This document shows positions 49,684 through 58,421 of a stretch of 64,000 nt of DNA, piece by piece. Source of the stretch: Escherichia phage ECOP18; the sequence record NC_105825.1; one strand, given 5' to 3'. Below the pieces are notes generated by a model. That model was not told the origin of the DNA and ran no database searches. It was given only the letters and a program-made list of their open reading frames with translations. Both the position numbers and the translations under genes were made by a program. Within the stretch, counting starts at the first letter, position 1. Every line of letters begins with the position of its first letter.

Positions 49684-50064
49684 TTATGTAATATTAGTTT
49701 TTCTAGCTTTGTGCAGTACCCCTGCATTTCTCCATAACTTAATATCATCTACTGTTTCTTTATAAGGAGCTATGGTAAAACCTAGTGGGCCAGCACTAAA
49801 TAATCCTAAGAATCCTATTGCACGCATATAGAATAAGCATTCTTCGCCTGTCATTCCTTCAACTGCTTTTCTTTGTTTTTCGTTTTCAAACTCGTGCTCC
49901 TTGTTGTCTATACGAAGGTGTTTAATGAACCATTCAGCAGAATATTCATCTAAGTGTCTAAGTATAGCTACTGCATACCCAGCGCCGATTAAAAACCAAG
50001 TGGTAACAAGAATTAGTACTATAGTCATATAATCTCCAGTTAAGGTCAGCGACCAACTCACCAC
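49684..50064 (-). CDS. membrane protein (126 aa)
   Basis: Hydrophobic helices. Confidence 0.4.
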   Translation of the reverse strand: MVSWSLTLTGDYMTIVLILVTTWFLIGAGYAVAILRHLDEYSAEWFIKHLRIDNKEHEFENEKQRKAVEGMTGEECLFYMRAIGFLGLFSAGPLGFTIAPYKETVDDIKLWRNAGVLHKARKTNIT

Positions 50065-50138
50065 TTACCGCACTAAGGGGCACGACTCCCTTATCCGTAA
50101 CAGTTGCAGGTGACGCAACTCGGTCCTACGCGAGTTCT

Positions 50139-50423
50139 TTAGGTATTCTGCATTTCAGCTTTAAATTTTTTCATATTACGAGTCTTTCTATAAAAGAAAA
50201 ACACATATGTTGGGCCTAGAAGAATATCCACAATAAATATCATAGATCTAGCACATCTGAGTAATGTTTTATCATCAAGAGGAGGCAGATCTAACGGTCG
50301 AGTTTTATGTATAACGTATAATATTACATCTTTATTCTTAGAAATATACAGATCATCAACCAAGCTGTAAATAGCTACTATAGACCCAATGACGAACCAA
50401 AGAGCAAATGGAGAAATAATCAT
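50139..50423 (-). CDS. membrane protein (94 aa)
   Basis: Hydrophobic helices. Confidence 0.4.
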   Translation of the reverse strand: MIISPFALWFVIGSIVAIYSLVDDLYISKNKDVILYVIHKTRPLDLPPLDDKTLLRCARSMIFIVDILLGPTYVFFFYRKTRNMKKFKAEMQNT

Positions 50424-50716
50424 TTCAGATCCTTTTCATTAATTAGAATATTAGTAAACAGTGGAGTAACCCCTAGACTCATAGTAGGTCCAAACGTATT
50501 CATGGCTACCCACAATTGCATAGTGATCATCCCATCTTTAATCTCCGGATCTTTATATTCTTCGATACGTTTTTTGGCAAAGGCAACTACATCTGGAATA
50601 CTACCGTTCTTTACAACATGATCATGCCAAAACTGAGCGTTTTCACTTCGTAGGAATGTTAAAACATCCTTAGTTGCTGGAATCTGCACTGTGCTATTGA
50701 TGTTTAGTCTTTTCAC
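50420..50716 (-). CDS. hypothetical protein (98 aa)
   Basis: ORF track. Confidence 0.4.
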   Translation of the reverse strand: MKRLNINSTVQIPATKDVLTFLRSENAQFWHDHVVKNGSIPDVVAFAKKRIEEYKDPEIKDGMITMQLWVAMNTFGPTMSLGVTPLFTNILINEKDLK

Positions 50717-51113
50717 GTTCTTCTCTCCGACGTTTAGATTCTTTCATCATATGAGCTGCTACAACTTCGTGGTAGTAGTCATTAATGTTATCTTCTGGCA
50801 AGAAATGCTTAATAGTCTCTAGCTGACAAATAACTCGATGAAGATGGCTATTTGGTAGACATAATTTCATCCCCGCAACAAATCCAGAGAAGCCTGGAAC
50901 ACTGAACATAGGTTGGGCTTCTACTCTACCTTCAGAGTTGATATTAAGCTCAATTGAGATACCCATTTTCATGCTGTAAAGCTGGCAGTACTCCCCATTA
51001 CCAGACCTTGACCAAATAGTGAAGTCCTCATCAATTTGATCTTGGATTTCTGTAATTGCAAATTTAATTCTAGGGTCTAAATTATTCATCTTCACCTTCA
51101 AAGTCGCAATCAT
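50694..51113 (-). CDS. hypothetical protein (139 aa)
   Basis: ORF track. Confidence 0.4.
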   Translation of the reverse strand: MIATLKVKMNNLDPRIKFAITEIQDQIDEDFTIWSRSGNGEYCQLYSMKMGISIELNINSEGRVEAQPMFSVPGFSGFVAGMKLCLPNSHLHRVICQLETIKHFLPEDNINDYYHEVVAAHMMKESKRRREEREKTKHQ

Positions 51114-51447
51114 AACGACAAGTAAAAGAATCAGAACTATTAGTACGTTGAGTGGTTATTTCACCGCGTTTGCTAATAGTAACGGCTGGAGTAGAGAAGT
51201 TTTTATTAGTATATATTTCTACTTTACCATTACGTTCCTTAACATCACGAACTTTACCATACTCGGTAATAATGCCGTTCTGTTGGACTTTAACATTACC
51301 ATTTTTCATAGAAACTTTGGTAGATGCCAGAGAACCGAAACTAACTGCGGAGATCATCAGTGCAATAATAAACTTATTCATCTTCATCCTCCCCACTACA
51401 ATCACGACATACATCATAATCGTTGAAAGAACGTTCGTGAGCTTCAC
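51082..51447 (-). CDS. secreted protein (121 aa)
   Basis: N-terminal signal-like hydrophobic segment. Confidence 0.4.
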   Translation of the reverse strand: MKLTNVLSTIMMYVVIVVGRMKMNKFIIALMISAVSFGSLASTKVSMKNGNVKVQQNGIITEYGKVRDVKERNGKVEIYTNKNFSTPAVTISKRGEITTQRTNSSDSFTCRYDCDFEGEDE

Positions 51448-51655
51448 ACCACCAAGAACAAGAATCGCAGAGAAACATTTCGGTTTTCTCCAGTGCTTGA
51501 CCTAAAAGATCATCAGCTTCCTCAGCAGTAATCTTCAATCCGCACACATCTGCCACACGTTCTTTAATTAAACGACCTGCTTCATGGTAGGACATACAGG
51601 TTCCCGCAACATCATGTTCAAGAACATGAATGGCACAGTCTAGGCGATTTTTCAT
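51374..51655 (-). CDS. Cys-rich acidic protein (93 aa)
   Basis: CDSCSWWC and CRDC motifs. Confidence 0.4.
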   Translation of the reverse strand: MKNRLDCAIHVLEHDVAGTCMSYHEAGRLIKERVADVCGLKITAEEADDLLGQALEKTEMFLCDSCSWWCEAHERSFNDYDVCRDCSGEDEDE

Positions 51656-51683
51656 TTCAAACCTCTCTCATCAATTTATAAAC

Positions 51684-51712
51684 ATATTATAGCAAGAAAA
51701 GAGAGGTTTAGC
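51684..51712 (-). promoter_or_regulatory. early sigma70-type promoter (-35 TTGCTA, 17 bp, -10 TATAAT)
   Basis: Read on minus strand. Confidence 0.6.
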
Positions 51713-51731
51713 AAATGAATTATTTCAGAAT

Positions 51732-52079
51732 TTAGTCATAGCACCACCATAACCCACGCTTACGCATGTCATGATCGCGATTATAATCATAATTTTCTGG
51801 ATCTTTCATCACGCGGTGGAGTTCTTGACGATTCCCTTGACGAACCATTTTATTAGAATGCCACTTAACATTCTTACTAATAGAATTCCAGTTATAACCA
51901 TCCTTTTTCTCATTACGAATGGTTGCTTCCTTCATTTCTTTCTTGATGTCGTCCCAGGATTTGGCATAAATAACACGAATCCAGTAGCCATTTTCTTTGA
52001 AGAAAGAATATTCTTGAGAAAAGTGTTCTTTAGACTTCCACCACTGATCACCAGATTGTTTACGATAAGTACGGCTCAT
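51732..52079 (-). CDS. hypothetical basic protein (115 aa)
   Basis: ORF track. Confidence 0.4.
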   Translation of the reverse strand: MSRTYRKQSGDQWWKSKEHFSQEYSFFKENGYWIRVIYAKSWDDIKKEMKEATIRNEKKDGYNWNSISKNVKWHSNKMVRQGNRQELHRVMKDPENYDYNRDHDMRKRGLWWCYD

Positions 52080-52154
52080 ATTACCTCCATTAAGTCTTTT
52101 AAATTAACCTAATGTGGATGAATTTTATTATACATAGATTATTTACCTATATAC

Positions 52155-52190
52155 AGAAAAACCCCAGACTACTTATTCAATAGCTGGGGT
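52155..52190 (-). terminator. rho-independent terminator
   Basis: accccag...ctggggt hairpin followed by U-run on minus strand. Confidence 0.5.
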
Positions 52191-52200
52191 TTGTTATTAA

Positions 52201-52515
52201 TTACAGATCGGGGCGTTCATCTTCGAAACAGCCTGAGCTGATTCCTTCTCCGAATCCTACAAAGCCATCAAATTCATCATTTGAGATGCCCATAATCATC
52301 GCTTCCATTTTCCTGATCTCCGAGGTTTTCATGCCTGCTTTACTATTCTTATAGTACTTGCGAGGGTTCCCGCACATCCAACAAGAACAGATGCAAGGAG
52401 TAGTAGTGATAATACCTAACCGCTTAGGGCTTTCTTCATGTGGAAAGACTGTCCAGTACTTCTTGCGGTTGTTCTTCACACGTTGCCGGTGATGGCGTCT
52501 TAATGCTCGATCCAC
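52201..52515 (-). CDS. hypothetical Cys-containing protein (104 aa)
   Basis: ORF track. Confidence 0.4.
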   Translation of the reverse strand: MDRALRRHHRQRVKNNRKKYWTVFPHEESPKRLGIITTTPCICSCWMCGNPRKYYKNSKAGMKTSEIRKMEAMIMGISNDEFDGFVGFGEGISSGCFEDERPDL

Positions 52516-52596
52516 ACATTTCTCCTAAAACTTGGGAGATAAACGGAGTTTGCTCGACTACCTTACGTAGTTCGTAGAAACCGTACCCAAACCCCA

Positions 52597-52965
52597 TTAC
52601 ATCGCCTGAGTAAATGTACGACTAATAACATCGTTCTGCTGTTCACGCGTCAGTGCGTTAAAACGTACAGCATAGCCAGAGACACGGATGGTCAACTGAG
52701 GATATTTTTCAGGATGTTTCTGCGCATCCAAAAGCTGATCACAGCTTAACACATTGACATTTAGGTGCTGACCACCTTCGATTTGAGGGGCGACTTCCAC
52801 TTTGACTTCACGGAAGGCTTCGGGATCGAATTGTGGTGTGATACCTTCTAGATCTTCAACTAGAACTTTCTGTTTAAGTTCACCGTTGTCGGAGTATAGC
52901 TGAATAATCTGATTTTCATGAACAAGGTTAATTACGCCAGATTTAAGATTTTGATATGCTTTCAT
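52597..52965 (-). CDS. autonomous glycyl-radical cofactor, GrcA/YfiD-like (122 aa)
   Basis: C-terminal glycyl-radical fingerprint [19 protein letters not shown]. Confidence 0.6.
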   Translation of the reverse strand: MKAYQNLKSGVINLVHENQIIQLYSDNGELKQKVLVEDLEGITPQFDPEAFREVKVEVAPQIEGGQHLNVNVLSCDQLLDAQKHPEKYPQLTIRVSGYAVRFNALTREQQNDVISRTFTQAM

Positions 52966-53007
52966 TAGATCTCCCCGATGTTAGAATTTGGCTCAGCTAT
53001 TTATTCT

Positions 53008-53202
53008 TTATACTTTTCCATAGTATACGGAAACTGTCTTACCAGTTTGGTTCATGACATATGCTACTTCATCTTCTTTTAAAAAGATGGCTTGGTCTAC
53101 TCCAACTATAGCCAATCTTTTATTTCTAGGATTAAAGCTTACACTTTTGCCTGTATGAATCTGTTCCCCATTCTTGGCTGACATTATTTTAATTGTTAAC
53201 AT
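53008..53202 (-). CDS. hypothetical protein (64 aa)
   Basis: ORF track. Confidence 0.35.
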   Translation of the reverse strand: MLTIKIMSAKNGEQIHTGKSVSFNPRNKRLAIVGVDQAIFLKEDEVAYVMNQTGKTVSVYYGKV

Positions 53203-53239
53203 AGCTGCTCCTAAAGTTAGCTATCTCTAGCTCTTTTAA

Positions 53240-53315
53240 TGGTAGTTAGTAGTGGATTTGAACCACTGTAGTCGCTCCGTATGAAGGAGGTGCATAACCA
53301 CTCTGCCAACTAACT
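53240..53315 (-). tRNA. tRNA, anticodon CAT (Met, fMet or Ile2)
   Basis: Manual fold: 7-bp acceptor AGTTAGT/ACTAACT, T-arm AGTGG-TTCAAAT-CCACT, loop TTCATAC, CCA encoded. Confidence 0.55.
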
Positions 53316-53482
53316 AGTTAATTCTTTATAGGTTAGATCTAGAAGATCTTTCTTACTGATAAGTCCTTCTCTATATTGGTCAATAAACATATCTATTCTA
53401 GAGTTCTCTGAGACTTCTATATCAGAAAGTTCAGCAAATATTTTTGCAAGTTTATCAATATCTTCCATACATAACCTTAATT

Positions 53483-53559
53483 TGGTACTCCGGGAGGGAT
53501 TTAAACCCCCGATCTCTCGGTTATCAGCCGAGTGCTTTAGATCGCTAAGCTACCGAAGC
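53483..53559 (-). tRNA. tRNA-Ile (anticodon GAT)
   Basis: Manual fold: acceptor GCTTCGG/CCGGAGT, anticodon stem CTCGG/CCGAG, loop CTGATAA. Confidence 0.65.
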
Positions 53560-53560
53560 A

Positions 53561-53788
53561 TTAACATTTTACAGCAGAACGTTTGCCATTTCTAGGTGCA
53601 CCTGGAAGTCGTGCACGTTCTGCCATTCTTCTCTTAATCTTTGAGATATTTTCTAGTGTTTGTTCCTCCGGCTTAATACCTGAAACACTACACCACTGAT
53701 TACCATCCCATGCGGTAATGATCATAACACCATTACTCATGATCTTTTCTGTAAAAGTAATCCTCATTATAGCAACTCGTCTAAGCAA
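53561..53788 (-). CDS. hypothetical protein (75 aa)
   Basis: ORF track. Confidence 0.35.
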   Translation of the reverse strand: MLRRVAIMRITFTEKIMSNGVMIITAWDGNQWCSVSGIKPEEQTLENISKIKRRMAERARLPGAPRNGKRSAVKC

Positions 53789-54060
53789 GAGGTATATTTA
53801 AGTTTACCATCTTTATCTACTTTGATTTCGACTTCCGCTCGTGGTACTTGATGAACTACACCATGAATCATCTTATAGCGAATGCCTTTAGCTGGTTCAT
53901 GCTCTTTTGGAAATACTTGCTTAACCGTTACTACCTTAAAACCCTCACGCGGTGTTAACACTACTACTTGATCACCTTCTTTGATCTTCCAAGAGCCAGG
54001 AAATTCATAGGTATAGCGTTGACCACCAGTTTGGAACACAACAGAAAGATAACGTTTCAT
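53767..54060 (-). CDS. hypothetical protein (97 aa)
   Basis: ORF track. Confidence 0.4.
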   Translation of the reverse strand: MKRYLSVVFQTGGQRYTYEFPGSWKIKEGDQVVVLTPREGFKVVTVKQVFPKEHEPAKGIRYKMIHGVVHQVPRAEVEIKVDKDGKLKYTSCLDELL

Positions 54061-54090
54061 TTGGCTTCCCTCTCATTAATTTATATAAAT

Positions 54091-54119
54091 ATTATAACAA
54101 TAAATAAGAGAGAAAGCAA
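54091..54119 (-). promoter_or_regulatory. early sigma70-type promoter (-35 TTGCTT, 17 bp, -10 TATAAT)
   Basis: Read on minus strand. Confidence 0.6.
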
Positions 54120-54127
54120 ATGAATTT

Positions 54128-54322
54128 TTAATAAAGTTTAGTCACTTCATAAACTATACTACGAGATTCTTTATTACGTTCTATTAAATTAGAATATGCT
54201 TTTTCAGCTTCATTTTTAGTATTAAAGTCTATAACGTGGGAGGTATTCGCTCTATTTGATTGACTATACCAGATAACTACTAATAATTTAAACATAATAG
54301 TCCTTAAGTTGGTGCTGGGCAC
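54128..54322 (-). CDS. hypothetical protein (64 aa)
   Basis: ORF track; 3' end abuts tRNA. Confidence 0.3.
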   Translation of the reverse strand: MPSTNLRTIMFKLLVVIWYSQSNRANTSHVIDFNTKNEAEKAYSNLIERNKESRSIVYEVTKLY

Positions 54323-54396
54323 AGGATTCGAACCTGTAACGGGATTACTCCTCCTGATTACAAATCAGGTGCATTCAACCATTCTGCCGACCCAGC
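54310..54396 (-). tRNA. tRNA with long variable region; anticodon loop reads TGT (identity uncertain)
   Basis: Manual fold: acceptor GCTGGGT/GCCCAGC, T-arm ACAGG-TTCGAAT-CCTGT, anticodon stem CCTGA/TCAGG, 15-nt variable region. Confidence 0.45.
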
Positions 54397-54561
54397 AGAA
54401 CCCGTTATTTCAACGGGATTTCTTTTTCAATAATAGGAGACTTATCAGTCATAACCGCCATTGCCATTTGTTGTAGAAATTCAAAGGTGAAGGCTACACG
54501 TTCTTCACCAATCTCTACTTCTACACGTTTCTTTTGTTTATCGATCTTGACTTTTAGGTTA

Positions 54562-54813
54562 TCAGCCATTAGAGAGTACAGTACTGGTAGTTGGCAATAC
54601 TACAGATGAAGCAACAGTGTTTAAATGCTTTCTCCAGTCTAGGTTAAATTGTTTTCGAAACTCTTCATAAGGTTCTTCTGGATAAAAGCTAAAACCTCCT
54701 TTCTCATCATTCAGGATAACAGAGCCGTCAGTTTGTTCGTATGCTCGGTATGTTTCTCCAATAACAATAACTCGTTTTTCGGTACTTTTATTACGAAACT
54801 CAAAAACGTGCAT
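54562..54813 (-). CDS. hypothetical protein (83 aa)
   Basis: ORF track. Confidence 0.35.
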   Translation of the reverse strand: MHVFEFRNKSTEKRVIVIGETYRAYEQTDGSVILNDEKGGFSFYPEEPYEEFRKQFNLDWRKHLNTVASSVVLPTTSTVLSNG

Positions 54814-54829
54814 AATGTTTCCTTAAAGT

Positions 54830-54905
54830 TGGAGCGGCTAGAGGGAATCGAACCCTACTCAGCGAGGCTTGGAAGGCCTGCGGCACAACCCGTGTGCTTA
54901 ACCGC
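54830..54905 (-). tRNA. tRNA-Gly (anticodon TCC)
   Basis: Manual fold: acceptor GCGGTTA/TAGCCGC, loop CTTCCAA. Confidence 0.55.
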
Positions 54906-54913
54906 TTATTGTT

Positions 54914-54989
54914 TGGCTGGAGAAGGAGGAATCGAACCTACCATTAACGGAGTCAAAGGCCGTTGTGCTAACCGTTACACTACTCTCCA
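54914..54989 (-). tRNA. tRNA-Gln (anticodon TTG)
   Basis: Manual fold: acceptor TGGAGAG/TTCTCCA, discriminator G, loop CTTTGAC. Confidence 0.6.
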
Positions 54990-54995
54990 ATTATT

Positions 54996-55071
54996 TGGCT
55001 GGGATGCCACGGATCGAACGTGGAACCTTCGGAGTCAGAGGCCGACGATCTGCCAATTGATCTACATCCCA
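54996..55071 (-). tRNA. tRNA-Gln (anticodon CTG)
   Basis: Manual fold: acceptor TGGGATG/CATCCCA, D-stem GATC/GATC, loop CTCTGAC. Confidence 0.6.
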
Positions 55072-55083
55072 ATAATTTTTATT

Positions 55084-55278
55084 CTACGGAAAAATTGTTG
55101 TTGGCTCAGATTCTTCCAAACGTTTGCCTTCATGATCAACACGAATAACGCCGCATCCTTCGCAAATCACAACTGCACCATAACCTTCTTTGACCTCAGC
55201 TTCTGTAATCAAACCAGAAAGATCACCAGTATCTTTACCCCACATATCAATGGAGCATTGTTTGCAGAAATCAGCCAT
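55084..55278 (-). CDS. zinc-ribbon protein (64 aa)
   Basis: CKQC...CEGC motifs. Confidence 0.4.
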   Translation of the reverse strand: MADFCKQCSIDMWGKDTGDLSGLITEAEVKEGYGAVVICEGCGVIRVDHEGKRLEESEPTTIFP

Positions 55279-55303
55279 ATTTTATTTCCTATTTAAGTTA
55301 ATT

Positions 55304-55380
55304 TGGGGTGGCTAGTGAAATTCGAATCCACATAGGCCTGATTCACAATCAGGATCATTAACCAATTATGATATAGCCAC
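55304..55380 (-). tRNA. tRNA-His (anticodon GTG)
   Basis: Manual fold: acceptor GTGGCTA/TAGCCAC, anticodon stem CCTGA/TCAGG, loop TTGTGAA. Confidence 0.65.
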
Positions 55381-55603
55381 AATTGAAAACTCGCAGGGTT
55401 AGCGAAACCTTCCTCAATTAGCATGTTCTAGAATACTAATCAAGTTATCTCCTATTGCACGCAGCTCAAGACGAGTACGAATTTTCAATTGTGGCGGCTC
55501 TCAGAAACTCTTCTACTCTAGTCTTAGCAGCTTACTCCCGAACGCATGTCGGGGAAGTCTTACTAAGCGCATCAAATAGCACCGTTACACTTTGAGCCAT
55601 TGG

Positions 55604-55700
55604 TGTATTAAGAAGCAGAAGGACTTGAACCTTCACGAGATAGACCATTTATCTCAGCCGCTTTATGAGGTATGTTGCAGGGAGTGGATGTTCCCTATAA
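55604..55700 (-). ncRNA. tRNA-like element with canonical T-arm but no matching acceptor stem
   Basis: T-arm GAAGG-TTCAAGT-CCTTC and hairpin GAGATA-AATGGTC-TATCTC; no 5' acceptor partner found. Confidence 0.25.
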
Positions 55701-55746
55701 ACCTTTTAGGCAGCCCCGTCTACCGATTCCGGCATACTTCAGGATT

Positions 55747-55841
55747 TGGAGGTAGGTAAGGGGATCGAACCCTTACACCGTATCACTACGATCAACCGAT
55801 TTCAAGTCGGAGTCCAGCGCCAGCCATTGGATTGACCTACC
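55747..55841 (-). tRNA. tRNA-Ser (anticodon TGA), long variable arm
   Basis: Manual fold: acceptor GGTAGGT/ACCTACC, T-arm AAGGG-TTCGATC-CCCTT, loop CTTGAAA. Confidence 0.6.
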
Positions 55842-55853
55842 ATATAAATTGTT

Positions 55854-55944
55854 TGGCGGAAGAGGAGAGATTTGAACTCTCAAGCCGTTTTACCAGTCAG
55901 CCACTTTCCAAGCGGTTTTCGTCACCAATTCGATTTGCTCTTCC
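55854..55944 (-). tRNA. tRNA-Ser (anticodon GGA), long variable arm
   Basis: Manual fold: acceptor GGAAGAG/CTCTTCC, T-arm GAGAG-TTCAAAT-CTCTC, loop TTGGAAA. Confidence 0.5.
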
Positions 55945-55980
55945 AATAACAAGATGATGCCTCTATCACACCAGGCAGTT

Positions 55981-56053
55981 ACGCCTCGCTGGGATTCGAA
56001 CCCATTAAAACAGCTCAACCGAGATAGTAGGTTTAATTTACTCTGACCATCAA
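55981..56053 (-). ncRNA. tRNA-like element (GGGTTCGAATCCC T-arm) without recognisable acceptor stem
   Basis: T-arm at 55989-56005; no complementary 5' strand within tRNA distance. Confidence 0.25.
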
Positions 56054-56056
56054 ATT

Positions 56057-56133
56057 TGGTGCGTGACAAGGGATTCGAACCCTCAAAACCCGACTTCTAA
56101 GGACGGTATGTATGCCAATTCCATCAATCACGC
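56057..56133 (-). tRNA. tRNA, anticodon loop reads TAG (Leu-type anticodon on short-variable-arm scaffold)
   Basis: Manual fold: acceptor GCGTGAT/GTCACGC, T-arm GAGGG-TTCGAAT-CCCTT, loop CTTAGAA, 5-nt variable loop. Confidence 0.5.
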
Positions 56134-56138
56134 GTATT

Positions 56139-56217
56139 TGGTGGAGAATAACGGAATCGAACCGTTCTGATGTCCTCGGTGCAAGCGAGGTGTCCACTCC
56201 ATGCAGACCCATTCCCC
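56139..56217 (-). tRNA. tRNA-Ala (anticodon TGC)
   Basis: Manual fold: anticodon stem CCTCG/CGAGG, loop CTTGCAC, acceptor with G3-U70 pair. Confidence 0.6.
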
Positions 56218-56455
56218 AAATTATTTAGTTTACTAAGGCTATTAGCTCGGCGTAACTACAGCACCTTCGCTTCGAGCGGAAGGAACCGCGTCATCTCGCA
56301 AACCCGATACACTATTCAGTTGCCACTGAATCTAGTGGACTAATCTAGAACTTCTCCCGAATCGTAGGGATCGTGCTTTTTGGCAGCCAGTCCTAGGTCG
56401 AACTAATACCTTAGTGAACTATGATGAGGATTTCTCCTCATCAATTTATATAAAT

Positions 56456-56484
56456 ATTATAACAAGAAATTAAGCATTAAGCAA
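56456..56484 (-). promoter_or_regulatory. early sigma70-type promoter feeding leftward tRNA cluster
   Basis: -35 TTGCTT, 17-bp spacer, -10 TATAAT read on minus strand. Confidence 0.6.
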
Positions 56485-56502
56485 CTGCGTTTTTCTTGAA
56501 AT

Positions 56503-56581
56503 TGGTAGATCGCCTGGGACTCGAACCCAGAACCTTCCGATTAAAAGTCGGATGCTACTAAACCTATTGAGCTAGCGATCT
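56503..56581 (-). tRNA. tRNA-Lys (anticodon TTT)
   Basis: Manual fold: acceptor AGATCGC/GCGATCT, anticodon stem TCCGA/TCGGA, loop CTTTTAA. Confidence 0.65.
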
Positions 56582-56769
56582 ATTAGTAACCATTATACAC
56601 TTCTTTAATAGAGTGGACTTTTAAGTAAGGGTGATTAGTACTAAACTCTACCATTACTTCATCCCAATTTTTACCATAATGAGCGAGTAAGGATTTTGAT
56701 GTATTCTTACCTAACCGTTTGTCACTTACTACTAATCGAAATACTTTCATTTCGAAATCCTCTATTAAA

Positions 56770-56847
56770 ATGGAAGCGGGTGCAGGAATCGAACCTACCT
56801 CTTTCTAGCTTATGAGACTAGCGATCTCTACCAGAGATCTAACCCGC
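56770..56847 (-). tRNA. tRNA-Met-like (anticodon CAT), unpaired position 1-72
   Basis: Manual fold: loop CTCATAA, T-arm GTAGG-TTCGATT-CCTGC. Confidence 0.5.
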
Positions 56848-56853
56848 AATTGT

Positions 56854-56930
56854 TTGGTCAGTGCGGCAGGACTCGAACCTGCGACCCGAAGCATCCAAGG
56901 CTCCCACGCTACCAACTGCGCTACGCACTG
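56854..56930 (-). tRNA. tRNA-Pro (anticodon TGG)
   Basis: Manual fold: perfect acceptor CAGTGCG/CGCACTG, loop CTTGGAT. Confidence 0.65.
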
Positions 56931-56939
56931 TTAATTCTT

Positions 56940-57137
56940 TTATTGTGGAGGAATATTAATAATTCGTCCGTCTACACAATAAACGGTACTAGGAATTGTA
57001 CTATATATGTAGAAATTCTTTATATTACTCTCTCCGCCACAGAAATTTTTAGCAAATTCATACTCTTTATTAATGGTTGAGTCAAGTTTAAAACAACCAG
57101 TAAGTAGGAATACAGACAGCAGTAAAACTTTTTTCAT
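56940..57137 (-). CDS. small lipoprotein (65 aa)
   Basis: Signal peptide with lipobox LTGC; embedded in tRNA array. Confidence 0.5.
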   Translation of the reverse strand: MKKVLLLSVFLLTGCFKLDSTINKEYEFAKNFCGGESNIKNFYIYSTIPSTVYCVDGRIINIPPQ

Positions 57138-57169
57138 TTTGCTTTCCTTCTCAACACTTTATAAGGTAT

Positions 57170-57198
57170 ATTATACAGAGAATTAAGCATAATAGCAA
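57170..57198 (-). promoter_or_regulatory. early sigma70-type promoter (-35 TTGCTA, 17 bp, -10 TATAAT)
   Basis: Read on minus strand. Confidence 0.6.
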
Positions 57199-57347
57199 AT
57201 GAATTTTTAATAAATTTACTTATTGTGTAGGCCACCTGGAGGCTACCAACCCCACGGCTGACAAAGAAGTTTGCGAGACCTCTCTTAAGTGCCAGAATAG
57301 ACCCGCCGATCTATCGGAACCTACATAATAAGTAAACTTTATAGTGT

Positions 57348-57468
57348 CATTCTAGACAGGACTCGAACCTGTTATCACTTGTGCGGACTTACGAGAACCA
57401 TTCTTTCACTCGAATCGAACGAGCTTCTGCCCTCGCCAAGCTGGTTTCCCCATCAACCACGCTAGAAT
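57348..57468 (-). ncRNA. structured tRNA-like region (two T-arm-like hairpins inside a 7-bp inverted repeat)
   Basis: attctag...ctagaat terminal pairing, internal ACAGG-ACTCGAA-CCTGT and ACTCG-AATCGAA-CGAG hairpins. Confidence 0.25.
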
Positions 57469-57632
57469 GTTTGATTGTTTTCAGTGCAAGAGTCCGAGTC
57501 TTGGACACGACCGCTTCGCAAGTACATAGGCAGCTTATCATGAGTCAGCACTTCCGAATTGCTAGCTCCGTGTTCTGCACTGAAATTTTATTAGTTTAAC
57601 CGTAAAGTATTATCTACTTCACCATTAATTGT

Positions 57633-57938
57633 TCAGCATTCTTCTGGGATTGCTGGTGTAGCCTTATATTCCCACCATTCAGAACCGTCGTATTCACCAC
57701 GTTCTAACCAAGTTCCATCAGTAAACCACACGTTACCATAAAGCAATTGCCCACCGAAACCAGAATCATATTTAAAGTCTAGATTATTTAGAAAATCTTC
57801 AATATCTTTTTCTGTATAACCTACGGGTAACACCCAAACTTCTTTGTCCCCATAATAACCGAATTCTATCTTAATACACTTAACTTCAGAATTAATATTC
57901 TTTAAGGCAAGTAACAATTCTTCTTTAGCATTAATCAT
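57633..57938 (-). CDS. hypothetical protein (101 aa)
   Basis: ORF track. Confidence 0.4.
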   Translation of the reverse strand: MINAKEELLLALKNINSEVKCIKIEFGYYGDKEVWVLPVGYTEKDIEDFLNNLDFKYDSGFGGQLLYGNVWFTDGTWLERGEYDGSEWWEYKATPAIPEEC

Positions 57939-57964
57939 AGCATATTTCTCGTACTAGTTTAATT

Positions 57965-58041
57965 TGGCGCGACCGATGGGATTTGAACCCACATTCTCTC
58001 CCGTGACAGGGGAGTACCATTACCAAGCCAGCCCCGGTCGC
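57965..58041 (-). tRNA. tRNA-Asp (anticodon GTC)
   Basis: Manual fold: acceptor GCGACCG/CGGTCGC, anticodon stem CTCCC/GGGAG, loop CTGTCAC. Confidence 0.7.
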
Positions 58042-58050
58042 ATAATTCAT

Positions 58051-58236
58051 TTACTCAGCTTTGAGTTTTTCAATAGCTGCATTAAGTTCTTTAAGAAACT
58101 TTTTTCGTACATTAAGACGGTTGAGACTTACTAGTATATCATGTTTAAGTTCTTCGATGTATTTCTTCTCAACTTCAATATTGTTGATAGTGCTATCACG
58201 ATGAACTTCTAGCTGTGCAATTACATTCTTGGACAT
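58051..58236 (-). CDS. hypothetical coiled-coil protein (61 aa)
   Basis: ORF track. Confidence 0.35.
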   Translation of the reverse strand: MSKNVIAQLEVHRDSTINNIEVEKKYIEELKHDILVSLNRLNVRKKFLKELNAAIEKLKAE

Positions 58237-58337
58237 GCTTGTTTCCTCAGTTATTAATGAAAATGGTATCTGTGACTGAATTCGATGTCAGCAATGATAG
58301 CTGGTTGGCTACCGGTTTACTTAACTCTACACAGAAT

Positions 58338-58421
58338 TTGGCGGGCCGTGTAGGATTCGAACCTACGTTGTCTTTCGACATGGATTAACAGTCCACCGCC
58401 AAACCGCTTGGCTAACGACCC
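58338..58421 (-). tRNA. tRNA with extended variable hairpin; anticodon loop reads GTT (Asn-type)
   Basis: Manual fold: acceptor GGGTCGT/ACGGCCC, T-arm GTAGG-TTCGAAT-CCTAC, loop CTGTTAA, variable hairpin GTC-GAAA-GAC. Confidence 0.45.

Noticed and set aside
54649-55296. 215-aa plus-strand ORF.
   Set aside because: It runs antisense through three minus-strand tRNA genes and a minus-strand CDS, and has no RBS.
57381-57599. 72-aa plus-strand ORF.
   Set aside because: It overlaps a hairpin-rich tRNA-like region and has no RBS; more likely structured RNA.
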